DNA of 64,000 bases from assembly GCA_049315725.1 (NCBI GenBank), contig JBMOJP010000001.1, positions 27,690-91,689 of the forward strand, read 5' to 3'. The first letter of the stretch is position 1. Each line of letters opens with the position of its first letter. The stretch is from Chthoniobacterales bacterium (lineage in GTDB: Bacteria; Verrucomicrobiota; Verrucomicrobiia; Chthoniobacterales; JACTMZ01). Positions 63,941 through 64,000 of this stretch are shown here, piece after piece. The position numbers were made by a program, and so were the translations under genes. The notes under the pieces are model-generated. The model worked only from the letters and a program-made list of their open reading frames with translations. It ran no database searches and was not told where the DNA came from.

Positions 63941-64000
63941 CTACGCCAGCCGTCGCAGAATCTCGGTTTCTTCGGCCTTCAGCGCGGCGGGGAATTTGTC
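63941..64000 (-). CDS. partial CDS (C-terminal 19 codons; gene continues past window end)
   Basis: Minus-strand frame ...DKFPAALKAEETEILRRLA* ending at TAG 63943-63941. GC content returns to the background level. Function unknown. Confidence 0.3.
   Translation of the reverse strand, partial: DKFPAALKAEETEILRRLA

Noticed and set aside
58481-63950. The idea that everything from tRNA-His to the window end is one tRNA-integrated genomic island.
   Set aside because: - The tRNA 3' end faces ribD, away from the candidate islet.
- Genes at 58.6-61.6 kb have background GC.
- No integrase was seen.
- Only 61.6-63.9 kb shows accessory hallmarks.

Overview
A 64 kb stretch of a GC-rich bacterial chromosome (roughly two-thirds G+C by eye), mostly housekeeping genes. 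PEP-CTERM sorting signals, many SD-less A/T-rich start contexts and low-complexity extensions on ribosomal proteins suggest a Verrucomicrobiota/PVC-like organism, but I cannot verify this.

The core (27.6-44.6 kb, + strand) is the str/S10/spc/alpha ribosomal-protein supercluster: rpsL-rpsG-fusA-rpsJ-rplCDWB-rpsS-[insert]-rplV-rpsC-rplP-rpmC-rpsQ-rplNXE-rpsH-rplFR-rpsE-rplO-secY-map-infA-rpmJ-rpsMKD. It lacks tuf, rpsN, rpmD, adk, rpoA and rplQ. rpsN sits alone at 4.3 kb.

Flanking genes:
- Left of the cluster: menA, DUF72, trxA, a CNNM/CorC transporter, a class-III aminotransferase, SUI1/YciH, corA, pnp, rpsO, prfC, btpA, mnmA, leuA, a MidA-type methyltransferase, hrpB, tolB-pal and a DegT aminotransferase.
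- Right of the cluster: a class-V aminotransferase, a TPR protein, uvrA, a transglutaminase-like protein, a deaminase, a HAD phosphatase, lepB, an OM beta-barrel protein, ribD, tRNA-His, a Udk-like kinase and an ADP-ribosylglycohydrolase-like gene.
- Right end: a small lower-GC accessory islet holding vapBC.

Most unusual observations:
1. A 293-codon gene for a signal-peptide, coiled-coil and beta-domain protein is wedged 3 nt after rpsS and 28 nt before rplV, inside the otherwise invariant S10 operon.
2. An unannotated 44-codon secreted Cys-rich peptide (CxxCGC...CxxxCGC) lies just upstream of signal peptidase I.
3. Two paralogous nucleotidyltransferase plus small-partner cassettes, in mirrored order, bracket btpA-mnmA.
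4. A tail-anchored Pro/Ala-rich protein carries 16-aa tandem repeats.
5. A 39-nt direct repeat flanks vapBC, next to a lower-GC orphan gene and a 27-bp inverted repeat.

No rRNA, CRISPR array or transposase was seen. All family calls come from motif recognition by eye; no searches were run.
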